Shown here in pieces: positions 11,300 to 23,400 of a stretch of DNA of 62,790 nucleotides. Within the stretch, counting starts at the first letter, position 1, and each line of letters begins with the position of its first letter. The position numbers were made by a program, and so were the translations under genes. This DNA comes from Chiloscyllium plagiosum (lineage: Eukaryota), in contig NC_057760.1 of assembly GCF_004010195.1 (NCBI RefSeq), positions 3,800,901 through 3,863,690 on the forward strand, given 5' to 3'. The notes below the pieces were generated by a model. The model ran no database searches. It had not been told where the DNA came from and was given only the letters and a program-made list of their open reading frames with translations.

Positions 11300-11880
11300 G
11301 AGGAGAGTGTCAAGCTCCTGGGAGAGGTCATCTACAACAAGCTTTCTTGGATTCTTCATGCGGACTCACTGGTTACAAAGGCCCGACAACGTCTCTTCTT
11401 CCTCAGGCAGTTGAGGAAATTTAGCATGATGGCAAATACCCTTGCCAACTTTTATAGGTGCGCCATCGAGAGCATTCTGTCTGGATGTATCACTACCTGG
11501 TATACCATTCAAGATGGGGGACGGTTACAGAGAGTGGTGAACTCGGCCTGGACAGTCACAAAGGCCAACCTCCCATCTGTAGAATCCATCGACCAGGCCC
11601 GCTGTCAAGGAAAGGCTGCCAGCATTCTCATAGATGCATCCCACCCTGGGGAGAAGGTACAGAAGCCTGAACACACGCACCAGCCAATTTTGCAACAGTT
11701 TCTACCCTACTGTTGTTAGAATACTGAATGGACTCGCAATCTCTCAAAATTCACCTGTCCCTGTGTTTATTTTTTTGCTGCTGTTTACCTATTATTTACT
11801 CTCTATGCTAATTAACCATTTGATCTGCCTGTATTGTTCGCACTGTGCCTCGGTACACGTGACAATAAATTCAATTCAAT
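11300..11880 (+). mobile_element. Rex1/Babar-like LINE 3' end
   Basis: NFYRCAIESILSGCITTWY, GRRYRSLNTRTSQFCNSFYP, and an AATAAA-(TTCAA)n tail. Confidence 0.8.
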
Positions 11881-12763
11881 AATATTAAATTTGTGTTGAA
11901 AGTTAAATTATCTCATCCAGTCTTCTGTATCAAAAGCTAAATGAACCCAACTCCTTCTCTCTTTGGTAGGGAAATACTTGCTTGAGGAGTATTGCTCAAC
12001 ACTTGCAGTCCAGAAAAATTGCAATCTAGCTAAAACACAATGTATTTTAGACTATCAGGAAGAAGATACCCGCTTGAATAGCTTTCTTCTTTTGGGTAGT
12101 GGACTAAGTCTGAGGGCCCAAATTATATATACTCGAGCCTAATTTCCTCTGTCTGAAGTTAAAGGAAATTAATTGAAAAATAATTATTTTTAATCAGCCT
12201 GCTCAAACATATTATGATAGGTAGAATTTGAACCCAGATCTTCCAGTCCATGTTTGATGGTGATAGCTTCAAGTTGTAAAAATACCACAAACTGAGGCTT
12301 ATTAGCAGTGGACACATCATCCAGAGGACTTGGACCAGCCCTTATCAGAGTGCAAACTGACAGAGCACAGAATCTAATCGTACAATTGTGTACTCCACTA
12401 CCACCTGGTGAAGGAGCAGCACTCCGAAAGCTAGTGCTTCCAATTAAACCTGTTGGACTATAACCTGGTGTTGTGTGATTTTTAACTTTGTCCACCCCAG
12501 TCCAACACCAGCATCTCCAAACCATAATCTATTTTAGTTCGAGAATTTTGATGGAGACTGAAAGGAGGAATGCAACTGTAGAGAAGGAAATGCTTGCAAT
12601 TATGTGGGGATGTGAAAGGTTAGCAGACTATCTCATGGGCCTGAAATTCCTGGTCAAGATGGAAAACGCTCCCTTAGCAACATTATCAGGATCAAAATAA
12701 ATCTCAAAAATGCCTCTATGCACACAAAGATTCAGGCTGAGACTGACAAATAAAGCAATGATA

Positions 12764-12990
12764 CAGTCTGTCTTTCAGATCAGAGTGGTGCTGGGAAAGC
12801 ACAGCAGGTCAGGCGGCATCCGAGGAGCAGGAAAATCGATGTTTTGGGCAAATGAGGGCTTTTGCCCAAAATATCGATTTTCCTGCTCCTCGGATGCTGC
12901 CTGACCTGCTGTGCTTTCCCAGCACCACTCTGATCTGAACTCTGGTTTCCAGCATCTGCAGTCCTCACTCTTGACCAGTCTGTCTTTCAG
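12764..12990. mobile_element. PLE-derived fold-back short element with 15-bp TSD
   Basis: Near-perfect inverted repeat with arms of about 75 bp. TSD cagtctgtctttcag at 12764-12778 and 12976-12990. Confidence 0.85.
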
Positions 12991-13769
12991 TCAAGCCGCA
13001 AGTAATGGCAGGTATGCTTTTAGGGAAGCAGTGAATTGAGCAGAAAAAGAACCAGTAGTAGTAGTAGAAGAAGAACGTTATTCTCTAGCAATAGCTTTAC
13101 CAGCAACTGAGCAAATTTGTGTAGCTCAAAAAATATGTACAAAGGTCAGAAAATTCTATCTGCAAAGGTGGTTGGAACATAGTCCAGCAGACCAAGTGCT
13201 GAAAAGGTACAATGAACAAAAGTAAAATTTGACAATACTAGAAGATTCATTGGTATATGACCTCAAAATGGTTATACTAAAGTCACTGTGAAGAGAAATC
13301 CTGCAGAACCTCTGCAGGAGACATTTTAAAATGATGAGCAGTAGTGTAGCAATCGGTATGGTGGTCAGACATTTCCAGAGACATACAGGATTACATTTTG
13401 AGATGCAAAACATGAGCCATACTCAACTGAGTGTCTACACAGTCAATGATTACATCAGTTTTTTTATGGAAAGACAATGAGATAAAAAATGGATTTGTTC
13501 AATTTTAAAGGGAGATAAAGTGACATCATTCACCATAGTAGAGATCACAGCACTGAAAAGGATCTTTGCGATAAACAGTTTCCTGAGATAATTAATATGG
13601 GACAATAGATGAGTGAAGATTTCGGGAAATTTACTTTGGAAGTAGGTGTCAACCAGGTGACAAGTTCTTAACTCCATCTACTGTCAAATGGAAAGATAGA
13701 AACCAGTCAAAACTGCGAAGTAAATGATGCATAAGAATCCTGTTTGGAAATTACCTCTATACAGCATTA

Positions 13770-14687
13770 GCACAATACTGCAAAAAATACGGAGGTATGG
13801 CATTGAGGGTGAGTTGGAGGTTTGGATTAGGAGTTGGCTGGCTGGAAGAAGACAGAGGGTAGTAGTTGATGGCAAAGTTTCTTCATGGAATGCCGTCACT
13901 AGTGGTGTTCCGCAAGGATCTGTTTTGGGACCATTGCTGTTTGTCATTTTTATAAATGACCTGGAAGAGGGGTTAGAAGGTTGGGTGAGCAAGTTTGCAG
14001 ATGATACGAAAGTCGGAGGAGTTGTTGACAGTGAGGAAGGACGTGGCAGGTTACAGCGGGATATAGATAAGCTGCAGAACTGGGCAGAAAGATGGCAAAT
14101 GGAGTTCAATGTAGCTAAGTGTGAGGTGACTCACTTTGGGAAGAATAACAAAAAGATGGCGTACTGGGCTATATTGTGTGCAGTTTTGGTTGCCATACTA
14201 TAGGAAGGATGTGGAGGCACTGGAACGGGTGCAGAGGAGGTTTACCAGGATGTTGCTTGGTATGGTAGAAAGATCGTATGAGGAAAGGCTGAGGCACTTG
14301 GGGTTGTTTTCATTGGAGAAAAGAAGGTTTAGGGGTGACTTGATAGAGGTGTACAAGATGATTAGGGGTTTAGATAGGGTCGACAGTGAGAATCTTTTTC
14401 CACGTATGGAGTCAGCTATTACAAGGGGGCATAGCTTTAAATTAAGGGGCGGGGGGTAGTTATAGGACAGATGTTAGGGGTAGGTTCTTTACTCAGCGAG
14501 TCGTGAGTTCATGGAATGCCCTGCCAGTAGCAGTGGTGGACTCTCCCTCATTATGGGCATTTAAGCGGGCATTGGATAGGCATATGGAGGATAGTGGGCT
14601 AGTGTAGGTTAGGTGGGCTTGGATCGGCGCAACATCAAGGGCCGAAGGGCCTGTACTGCGCTGTAATCTTCTATGTTCTATGTTCTA
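13770..14687 (+). mobile_element. CR1 LINE RT/3' end with an internal deletion, inserted in the Gypsy relic
   Basis: SGVPQGSVLGPLLFVIFINDL, KFADDTKVGG and a (TTCTATG)n tail. Confidence 0.92.
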
Positions 14688-14964
14688 ATAATGTTGAATG
14701 ATGGGTACTCACCAGCAGAACTGTTAATGGGGCGAAGGTCAAAAATATTTTTGAACACAAGATCACAAGACGGTAAAACAACTAAAAAAACCCACAGATA
14801 ACAGAGGTGGTGCACCTCTGGGCACTGGGTATAAACTCTTTGTCAACCTGAAAATCAGTGAAGGAAAAGAAAGTCAAAAACAATAGTCACTAGATAAACA
14901 GAGTAACCAATATGTTATATGTGGTTCATTTGGGAGGCCTGGGTTCAAGTCCTGGCCAATGTAT

Positions 14965-15470
14965 AGCACACCTCTCCTTCTCTTCTGCTATAGGAAAGAT
15001 GATGTTAAATTTGAAATAGTGCAGAAAAGATTTGCAAGGATTTGAGCTGTATGGAGAGGCTGAATAGGCTGGGGCTATTTTCCCCGTAGAATCAGAGGCT
15101 GAGGGGTGTCTTTAACAGAAGTGTATAAGTCATGAGAGGTATGTATAGAGTGAATAGCCAAGATATTTTTTTCCCCAGAGTAGGAGAGTCCTAAATTAGA
15201 GGGCATAGGTTTAAGGTGAGAGGGGAAAGATTTAATAGGGACCTAAGGGGCAGCTTTTTCATGCAGAGGGTGGTGCATGTACACAATGAGCTGCTGGTAG
15301 AGGTAGTGGCGACTGATACAATGTTTAAAAGGCATCTGGATGTGTGCATAAATAGGAAGGGTTTCGAGGGACATGGGCTAAATGCTGGCAAATGAAACTA
15401 GATTAATTTAGGCTATCTGGTCAGCATGGACGAGTTGAACCGAAGGGTCTATTTCCATGGTGTATGATTC
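14965..15470 (+). mobile_element. CR1 3' fragment
   Basis: Degraded YRKDDVK...RLRG..RDLRGSFF segment. Confidence 0.8.
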
Positions 15471-16429
15471 TAATACATCTGAAGGGACATTCAGGAGGAA
15501 CAGGATGCCATTGATCTTACATGAGGCAAGAAGTGAGACTGCGGATGATTAACACGGGATGTGGGACACTCTACTATATCTGATCATTTATCAAGAGTCA
15601 GTTAGCTCAAATGGCTGGACAGCTGATTTCCAATGTAGAGTGACAGTATGGGTTAATTTCCTACATTGACTGGGACATTGAAATCATTGTGCCTTTGAGA
15701 TTGGCCTTTGAGGGTTGGGGGAAAATATTGATAACAGCGATAACTGTAACAAATGTTAGACTATAACCTGGTGTTGTGTGATTTTTAAAGTTGACCATGA
15801 TGCCACTGTTTGCAAAGATTATGCAAGGAAGTGGAAGTTGTAAGAACCATGTTTTTATATTTTATATTTTATGTCATTAAGAACTGTAGATTATAAGTAG
15901 AAAAAACTTTTTTTTAAATTAGGGATTTACCAAGATGGCTGCTGCATTTACAGCAAGAAATTTGATACTCATTGTGAACTCTTTTTTTTTAAAGAGTTCC
16001 TGCAATGTGCAGACCTTCAAGAGTCATGGAGCTGTTTAGAAGCAAAGCTGATTAGATCTCAGCTAACTGAGCAGGTTGGAACTGAAAACAAGCTAGAGAT
16101 ACAGACATGCAGAGAAAGACAAATAAGTGTGTGCTGTTGTTCTCTCCAAAAGAAGTTGCCTGTTTTCAGCAGTGAAAAAAAAACTGTCGAAACTTAAGGA
16201 AAATCAGTTACCTTTCCGATAGCAGTTGCTTTGAACTGTGACTTTTGAATTGACATAATAGAAACACTTTCTAAGTGAATCACTTGTTCTGTACGTCTTA
16301 TAAGCCAATGGAGGCTTCCAGAAGGCAGACAACTGAACACCAAGGGTCTGGATAAGCAAAGTAGGATCCTCTCCACATCAGAATTGGGGAGCAAAAACCC
16401 CTGAACTGTCTTTACGGTTTTTTTCTACC

Positions 16430-17597
16430 TCTGCTGATGACACAAAGGTGGATAGTGTGGAGGGCTGTTGTAAGTTTTAGTGGGACACTGACAGGATGCA
16501 GCACTGGGCTGATAAGTGGCAGATGGAGTTCAGCCAGGGAAAGTGTGAAACGATTCATTTTGGAAGGTTGAATTTGAATACAGGTTAAAGGCAGGATTCT
16601 AGGCAATGGGATCTTGGGGTCCTTGTCCATAGATCCCTCAAAGTTGCCACCCATGTTGATAGGATTGTTAAGAAGACATACGGTGTGTTGGCTTTTATCA
16701 GCAGGGGATTGAGTTTAAGAGCCACGAGGTTATGCTGCAGCTCTATAGAGCCCTGGTTAGACCACACTTGGAATATTGTGTTTAGTTCTGGTTGCCTCAT
16801 TATAGGAAGGATGTGGAAGCTTTGGAGAGGGTGCAGAGGAAATTTACCAGGATGCTGCCTGGACTGGAGGGCTTGTCTTATGAAGATAGGTTGAGGGAGC
16901 ACGGGCTTTTTTCATTGGAGCAACGAAGGATGAGAAGTGACTTGCTAGAGGTGTACAAAATGATGCGAGGCATAGTCAGATGAATAGTCAGAGACTTTTC
17001 CCCAGGGCAGAAATGTCTATCACAAGGGGTTAAAATTTTAAAGTGATTAGAGGAAGGTTTAGGGGAGATGTCAGAGGTAGGTTCTTTGCACAGAGCGGTG
17101 GGTACATGGAATGCACTGCCAGCGGTGGGAATAGAGTCAGATACATTAGGGACATTTAAGCGACTCTTAGATAGGCACTTGGACGATGGTAAAATAGAGT
17201 CAGAGAGATGTACAGCATGGAAACAGACTCTTCTGTTCAACCCTTCCATGCCGACCAGCTATCCCAACACAATCTAGTCCCACCTGCCAGCACCCGGCCC
17301 ATATCCCTCCAAACCCTTCCTATTCCATACCCAACCAAATGCCTTTTAAATGTTGCAACTGTACCAGCCTCCACCACATCCTCTGGCAGCTCATTCCATA
17401 CACGTACCACCCTCAGTGTGAAAAAGTTGCCCCTTAGGTCTCTTTTATATCTTTCCCCTCTCACCCTAAACCTATGCCCTCTAGTTCTGGACTCCCTGAC
17501 CCCAGGGAATATAGATTAGTTTGATCTTTGAGTTTGATAAAAAGTCAGCACAACATCGAGGGCCGAAGGGAACTATGTTGTACTGTTTTATGTTCTG
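16430..17597 (+). mobile_element. CR1 3' fragment with a nested minus-strand CR1 3' end (about 17197-17508)
   Basis: ADDTK.., YRKDVEALERVQRKFTRMLPG, plus the inverted inner copy. Confidence 0.88.
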
Positions 17598-20500
17598 TCA
17601 GTAATGTATTTTACTTATTTATTTGTCTGCAATGTAAGGGGAGTTTATGTTAGCAGATTAATGTTTTAGTTAATAGTGTTTTATGTCAATAGTTTATCTG
17701 CCTCCCTGTAGTTATAGTCCAATTCCTTATAATAAATAACAATTATTTAGTACAGAAACCTGGTCTTTCTGTTAACCTCGGTCTGAGAGCAAGGTAACTT
17801 AAGTACTGTGAGTACCTTAAAAACACTTTGACATTTAGTATGACTCCGGGAATAGCAGGGCTTGATTTACAGCATACTGCCCAAGTGGGTCATAAACAAA
17901 ATAAACTACTAATATAATGTAAACCAAGCGAAGAGAAACTTATAAGGAGGGGCGTAGAGATGTGATATAATGAGATTCATGTAAATCTTACTGATGTAAC
18001 TAATACCATGACTCTGACATCAGTACGAGAGAAGACACCAGTCTAGAATCAGCATTTGACATCAAACATCATTAGAGAGCTGTATTTGATAACCAGCTGT
18101 GTAAAGTAAAAGATAAAGTCACCAAAATCCTACCAGGCCATAAGGCTCTCTGTAATTAGAGACTTATGGTAATTTAACCTGGGGGTCACCATGCGTCAGG
18201 CAAGAGAGGTTGAAGAGAGTGATTCGTGGTAGTTGGAACAGGAATTGTACCTGCATTGTTGGTGTTCCTTTGCATTGCAAACCAGCCGTCCAAGCTAACT
18301 GACCCCCAATTTATTTTGTACAGATGAAAATTAAGAAATATTACAGTATCTAAAGAGTTAAAAGACCATACTCAGTGATAAGGAACAAACTACCTTACAG
18401 ACAGTATATGAGAAGACCCAAGATACCTGACAACAATGTTTCAATGATTTAAAATACTGCCAATCTGTGTCCTGACAGAAACTGGATTAAGTACATAAAT
18501 TACATGTTATGACCATCCTTCCCAGGGGTAAATGGAGATTGAATGTAGGGATGGGCTGTGACGTTACATGCATGTGTGTTGGGGTTGGGTGCTGATAAGA
18601 ACCACTGAATAATCAAAGCTTGAGTCATATTAAAAAAGGACAGTTACAAAAGCTATGTATAGGACATTGCATATCACAGCCTCTAATCCTATTGCTCCTG
18701 ATCACATTGTCCGATTTACTTTTTTTCACCCTTTCAACTCATACAATCTGCTTTACATAACTAACCCAAGAATCTGCTGCTTGGATGCAAAATAAATGCC
18801 AACAACATCATGTCATTCTATATTTTGAAAATAAACAAAAGGTGGGGTTAAAATAAATAAGGAAGAATTACAAACTAATTTTATTGAAACCAGGGTTTTC
18901 TCCCTCAGTTCTTGGCTCCCAACACTGTCTCCCTCCCTCATGTACTGTACATTCAAACTTTGCTGAGCCCCAGCCGAGGTAATCCATTACCAATGCTTGA
19001 GAAGGCCGGAGGCAAAAGAAAAACTTCCATTCAGTGGAAGAAACGATTAGAAGGAAACACACAACACGGAGCCCTAACCCGTCCAGACTGGAGAAAAACT
19101 CTCCCCAACCAGTTATGTTCAGAATCACAACTGTGTCCAGCTTCCGCAGTATTAGGCAGAGCCAACAAAGAGCCATAAATATATGTCCACAATACTGCAA
19201 GCATTGACGGTCGGTTTGTTCCCATAGTGCAGGTCCAGCCGAAAACAAACTCTCAAAGTCAGCTGCGAATGACTTCTCGGGGAGAACAAAAACACACACA
19301 TTGCGACGTCAGATTAAAATACATATTTAAAGATTGTTTTCCGAGATGTGGATGTTGTCATTTGTGCACAGCTGCAGGTCAGCGATAGGATGGTGCTTAG
19401 CGAGTGATGGCTGAGAACAGACTTGACCTGAGCTATAAAACTCGGTACAGAAAGTCAGCCGTTGTCATTAACCACAGCGAGAAACGGGAATTTTTAACCA
19501 GAAGAAACTCAGCACATTTCGGGGGGAGGGGCGGGTCGGTAGAGTTGTGCTGTGGGGATACAGAGATGCCCTGGTTAATGATTCACCAAAGCTGGGAGCT
19601 GGTTGGGCAACGTGAAAACTATTAAATTAATTTGGTCGGTGTTGTCACAGTGATCTGCTGAGTCAAGGTCATTGCTGAGAATCCACGTCACTTAATCACA
19701 CTGGATGGACATTATCATTGCAGTCAATCGTGAAAACCTAGTCTCTTCAGTACTTCCATCCTGGTTTAAATGTTTTTTTAAAATGACAGCGGCAACTTTT
19801 TTGAGCAGATGAACCACCTTCAATTGCTAACAAAGTGACACTGACCCTTTACAAGTCGCTGAGCTTTAGTGAGACGTGTGAAGCAGTGAATTTACACACC
19901 AGTTTCCTGGTTGCATCTGAACATGGGATAGTTTGAGTTAACCATCATCAGACTCCTCAGCTGCAAAATTTGCTGTTTATGTTTTCCCAGTGGGCACAGA
20001 TTTACCACATTTGTATAACCTCACAGCAAGGGTACTTCATGATCATCATGGGCCACAAACCCTATGGGACGACCTGGGTGCGGTGGAAGTGTTAGCTTTA
20101 ACCTTTGTAAATGAGTCAAGAGAGCCACTGTTCCCTGTTCCTTCTGTTGCCCAGCCCTAAACTCTGGAATTCAGTCCAGAAATCTCTCTGCCTCACTCCA
20201 CTAAGACATCTCTGAAAACCGAGCTGTGTCAGGCATGAGTCTGTTTGAAGACAAAAAAAATTGCAGATGCTGGAAACCGAAATACACAGGCCTGAAGAAG
20301 GCTTACACCTGAAACTTGACTTCCCCACCTCTCGACGTTGCCTGGCCTGCTGTATTCTTCCAGCCTCCTGCCTGTGTATTAAGGATCTGGTTGAATGCAC
20401 TAATGTTTCCTAATATAGCTCTGTGTCAGACTGTGTTTGGTAGTTGCTTCTGGGATGTTAGTTACTACACATATACAAGTTGCTGTTAAAAATGATACCA

Positions 20501-21789
20501 GAATTCTACAAATTGTACCAGTTTTAGTCCATAATCATTTCGAATTGTAGAGGGAATCCAGACTAAGTGTAATCACAGAATAATAGGATTGTCCTGGTAC
20601 AGGAGTTTCTTCATGTCTCCTGTCCTTTCCTCATAATCTTGCACGTTGTTTCTAACAGTCAGGCAAGGTGGAGTTAGAAAGCAAATAATAATTGGACACA
20701 GGTCTGGAAACATAATTCAACACTTTGCTTTAGTCTTTCCATTTGTTTATACCCCACTATTAATAATAGATCGTCAAAGACAATGCTAATCTTAAATTGG
20801 GAATTAAGAAAAGTAAAATTTGTTGAAGCAGAGAAGCTTGGCTATTCAGGTCGAGGGCTGAAAGATGCAAGACTGAGATGGCACCAATATCTGGAGGGTA
20901 AGTTAACATAGGCACTTTCCATTATAAATACAGAGGTAAGAGTTTACAATGGAAAATGTAACCACCAGAAGCACATTTATAGACAAGAACTGTGCAGAAG
21001 TGCAATAAATTTAATAATTTTGATTCATCCCATTTGGATTTTGATAAAGATCTGAATACAAAGCAGCTAGTGTGTCAGGAGGACACAGACATGGCCTTTC
21101 ACTCGGGTTGAAATGTAAGTTTCTTGTACCGTGAACACAAGCGTTTCCTTGGACTACATTTTATGCATAAAGAAGAATAAAGATGCAGCAAATAAAGACT
21201 ACAAATCTTGTATTTACAATATAATCATAGTGTTCGAGGATGGGATAAAGGCACAATGAAATGGTGATAGAGTTAAAAGTCACATAACACCAGGTTATAG
21301 TCCAACAAGTTTATTTGGAGGTACTAGCTTTCAAAGCACTGCTCCTTCAACAGCTGGTTGTGAAGCAGAACCATAAGACACAGAATTTATAGCTGTGTGA
21401 TTTTTAACTTTGTCTACTCCAGTCCAACACCGGCTCCTCCAAATCATGGTGATAGAGAATTTAATGCAATATTTTTATAATCACAAGGAGGGTAGTGATA
21501 TGACTATCAGCAAAGCCAGTGTTCTGGACATTTCTTCTAAGCCCCTAGAGAGTCTTAGTCACCATTGTCCCAGTCTCCATCCAGCCTGAAGTCTGGGATA
21601 CCGTGTGCAGTATTGTTATACAAGTTACAGGAGGTGTTACAGTCAGTTTCGCTTCCTATAAGTGTTGGGGAAACCTGTGTATAAATTAACCAGTCACAAT
21701 AAGGAGGGCAATGTTCACAAGCAATAGAATGAAAATACAAATATGTCTTCTTTCCTCTCCTTCCTTCTTCCTGATACATACTTAGTTAG

Positions 21790-23400
21790 AGGTAATACTT
21801 CATCTTCCACCTGGGTAGCCTACAGCCCAGAGGACTCAACATTGAGTTGTCCAATTTCAAATAATCTCCCTTCCCACCCACCCCCCGCCTCCCTTCCCAG
21901 TCCCTCCCCCTCCCTTCCATTCCTCTGATTGACCCTTCCTTTCAGCTAGGAGAAAATGAGGACTGCAAATGCTGGAGATCAGAGTCAAACTTTGTGGCAC
22001 TGGACCAGCTGTGCTTTTCCAGCCCCACACTTTTTACCTCTTCCTTCCAGCTACCAACTGGATTCACTCCTCCCATTGACCAACCAGACCAACCTCTACC
22101 TGTATTCACCTATCCCTACTTCATCAACCTGACCCCTCCCCCACCCAAAATACCCTACCCTCCTTATCTGCACCTCCCCTTACACCCACCCCCAGTCCTC
22201 AAGAAGGGTTACAGCCCACCTCTTGGAGCTGCCTGGCTTGCTGTGTTCTGAAGAAGGGCTTATGCCCGAAATGTCGATTCTCCTGTTCCCTGGATGCTGC
22301 CTGACCTGCTGCGCTTTTCCAGCAACACATTTTCAGCTGTGTTCTTCCAGCCTCATGCTTGCTTCCCTCTGATACATGGCTAAAAACAAAAAGTGCTGGA
22401 GATCACAGTGGGTCAGACAGCATGCGTTGTGAGAGGGCAGGCTAACCCTTTGACTCTAGATGACTCATCATTAGAGCTGATGTCAGGTGGGGGGGGCACG
22501 GGGAAGGTGGAGTGCTGGGCGGAAAAAGGATGTTGATAGTTCAGATTATGTGAGAATGGCAGAACAATAGTGTGTCTAACTGCCAGTGAGGAAAGAAGAC
22601 AGTTCCACTGGGGTGGAGAGGGAGGATGGGGAAGCGGGTTGAGGGGGGGTGCAGGGTGGGAGATCCTGGATCGTAGCACAAACTACTCATTGCTTGAACT
22701 GAGCAGCATCCAAGAAGAGTTACACCTGAAATATTGACTTTTCCACCTCCTGATGCTGCCTGGCTTGCTGTGTTCTTCCAGTTTCCTGCTTGTCTACTTT
22801 GGATTCCAGCATCTGCAGTTTTTTTTGTCTCTATCCAAAGAGGGACTTGGCAAGCACACCTGTCTCCTGAAACATCACAGCTCCAGCAATAAAGTCTGGT
22901 AGTGAGCTGAAATATGGCCCCCAATTTGCTCACAGGTCTTGTGTTGGGCAGTGTGCAAGACTAGGAGAAAGTGAGCACTGCAGGTGCTGGAGAGTCGGAG
23001 TGGAAAAGTGTGGCACTGGAAAAGCACAGCAGATCAGGCGGCATCCGAGGTAGACAAGCACGAGGCTGGAAGAACACAGCAACCCAGGCAGCATCAGAAG
23101 TTGGAGAAGTTGACATCTTGGCTGTAAGCCTTCTTCAGGACTGTAGGGTGGGTGTAAGGGGAGCTGCAAATAAGGAGGGTGGCGGGGGCGGGGTGGTGAA
23201 GTGGGGATTGGTGAAGACAGGTAGAAAGTCAATGGGAGCAATGAATCTGATCGGTGTCTGGGAAGAGTGGAAGGGAGAGGGAGGGGCTGGAAGGGAGTTG
23301 GGGGAAGGGAAGGGAGGTCATTTGAAATTGGAGAATTCATGCATCAGCGGAGCAGGAGAGCTGATGTTTTGGACATTAGCCCTTCATCAGTGTGCAAAGA
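21790..23400. mobile_element. Cluster of Penelope-like element (PLE) fragments and derived short elements
   Basis: FIFHLGSLQPRGLNIELSNFK* at 21799-21864 resembles a PLE GIY-YIG C-terminus and is followed by a C-rich 3' region. Several hammerhead-core pLTR pieces occur in both orientations. Confidence 0.7.

Larger units (their letters stand above)
12540..15600 (+). mobile_element. Ty3/Gypsy LTR-retrotransposon pol relic (RNase H, integrase), fragmented by later insertions
   Basis: ETERRNATVEKEMLAIMWGCERLADYLMGLKF (RNase H), MPLCTQRFRLRL, GYSPAELLMGRR at about 14704, and EGTFRRNR at about 15481. Confidence 0.75.

Noticed and set aside
19031..19225. 64-aa minus-strand ORF with a signal-peptide-like start, as candidate mucin exon 1
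   Set aside because: It has no convincing phase-1 donor before its stop. The exon at 26315-26372 fits far better.
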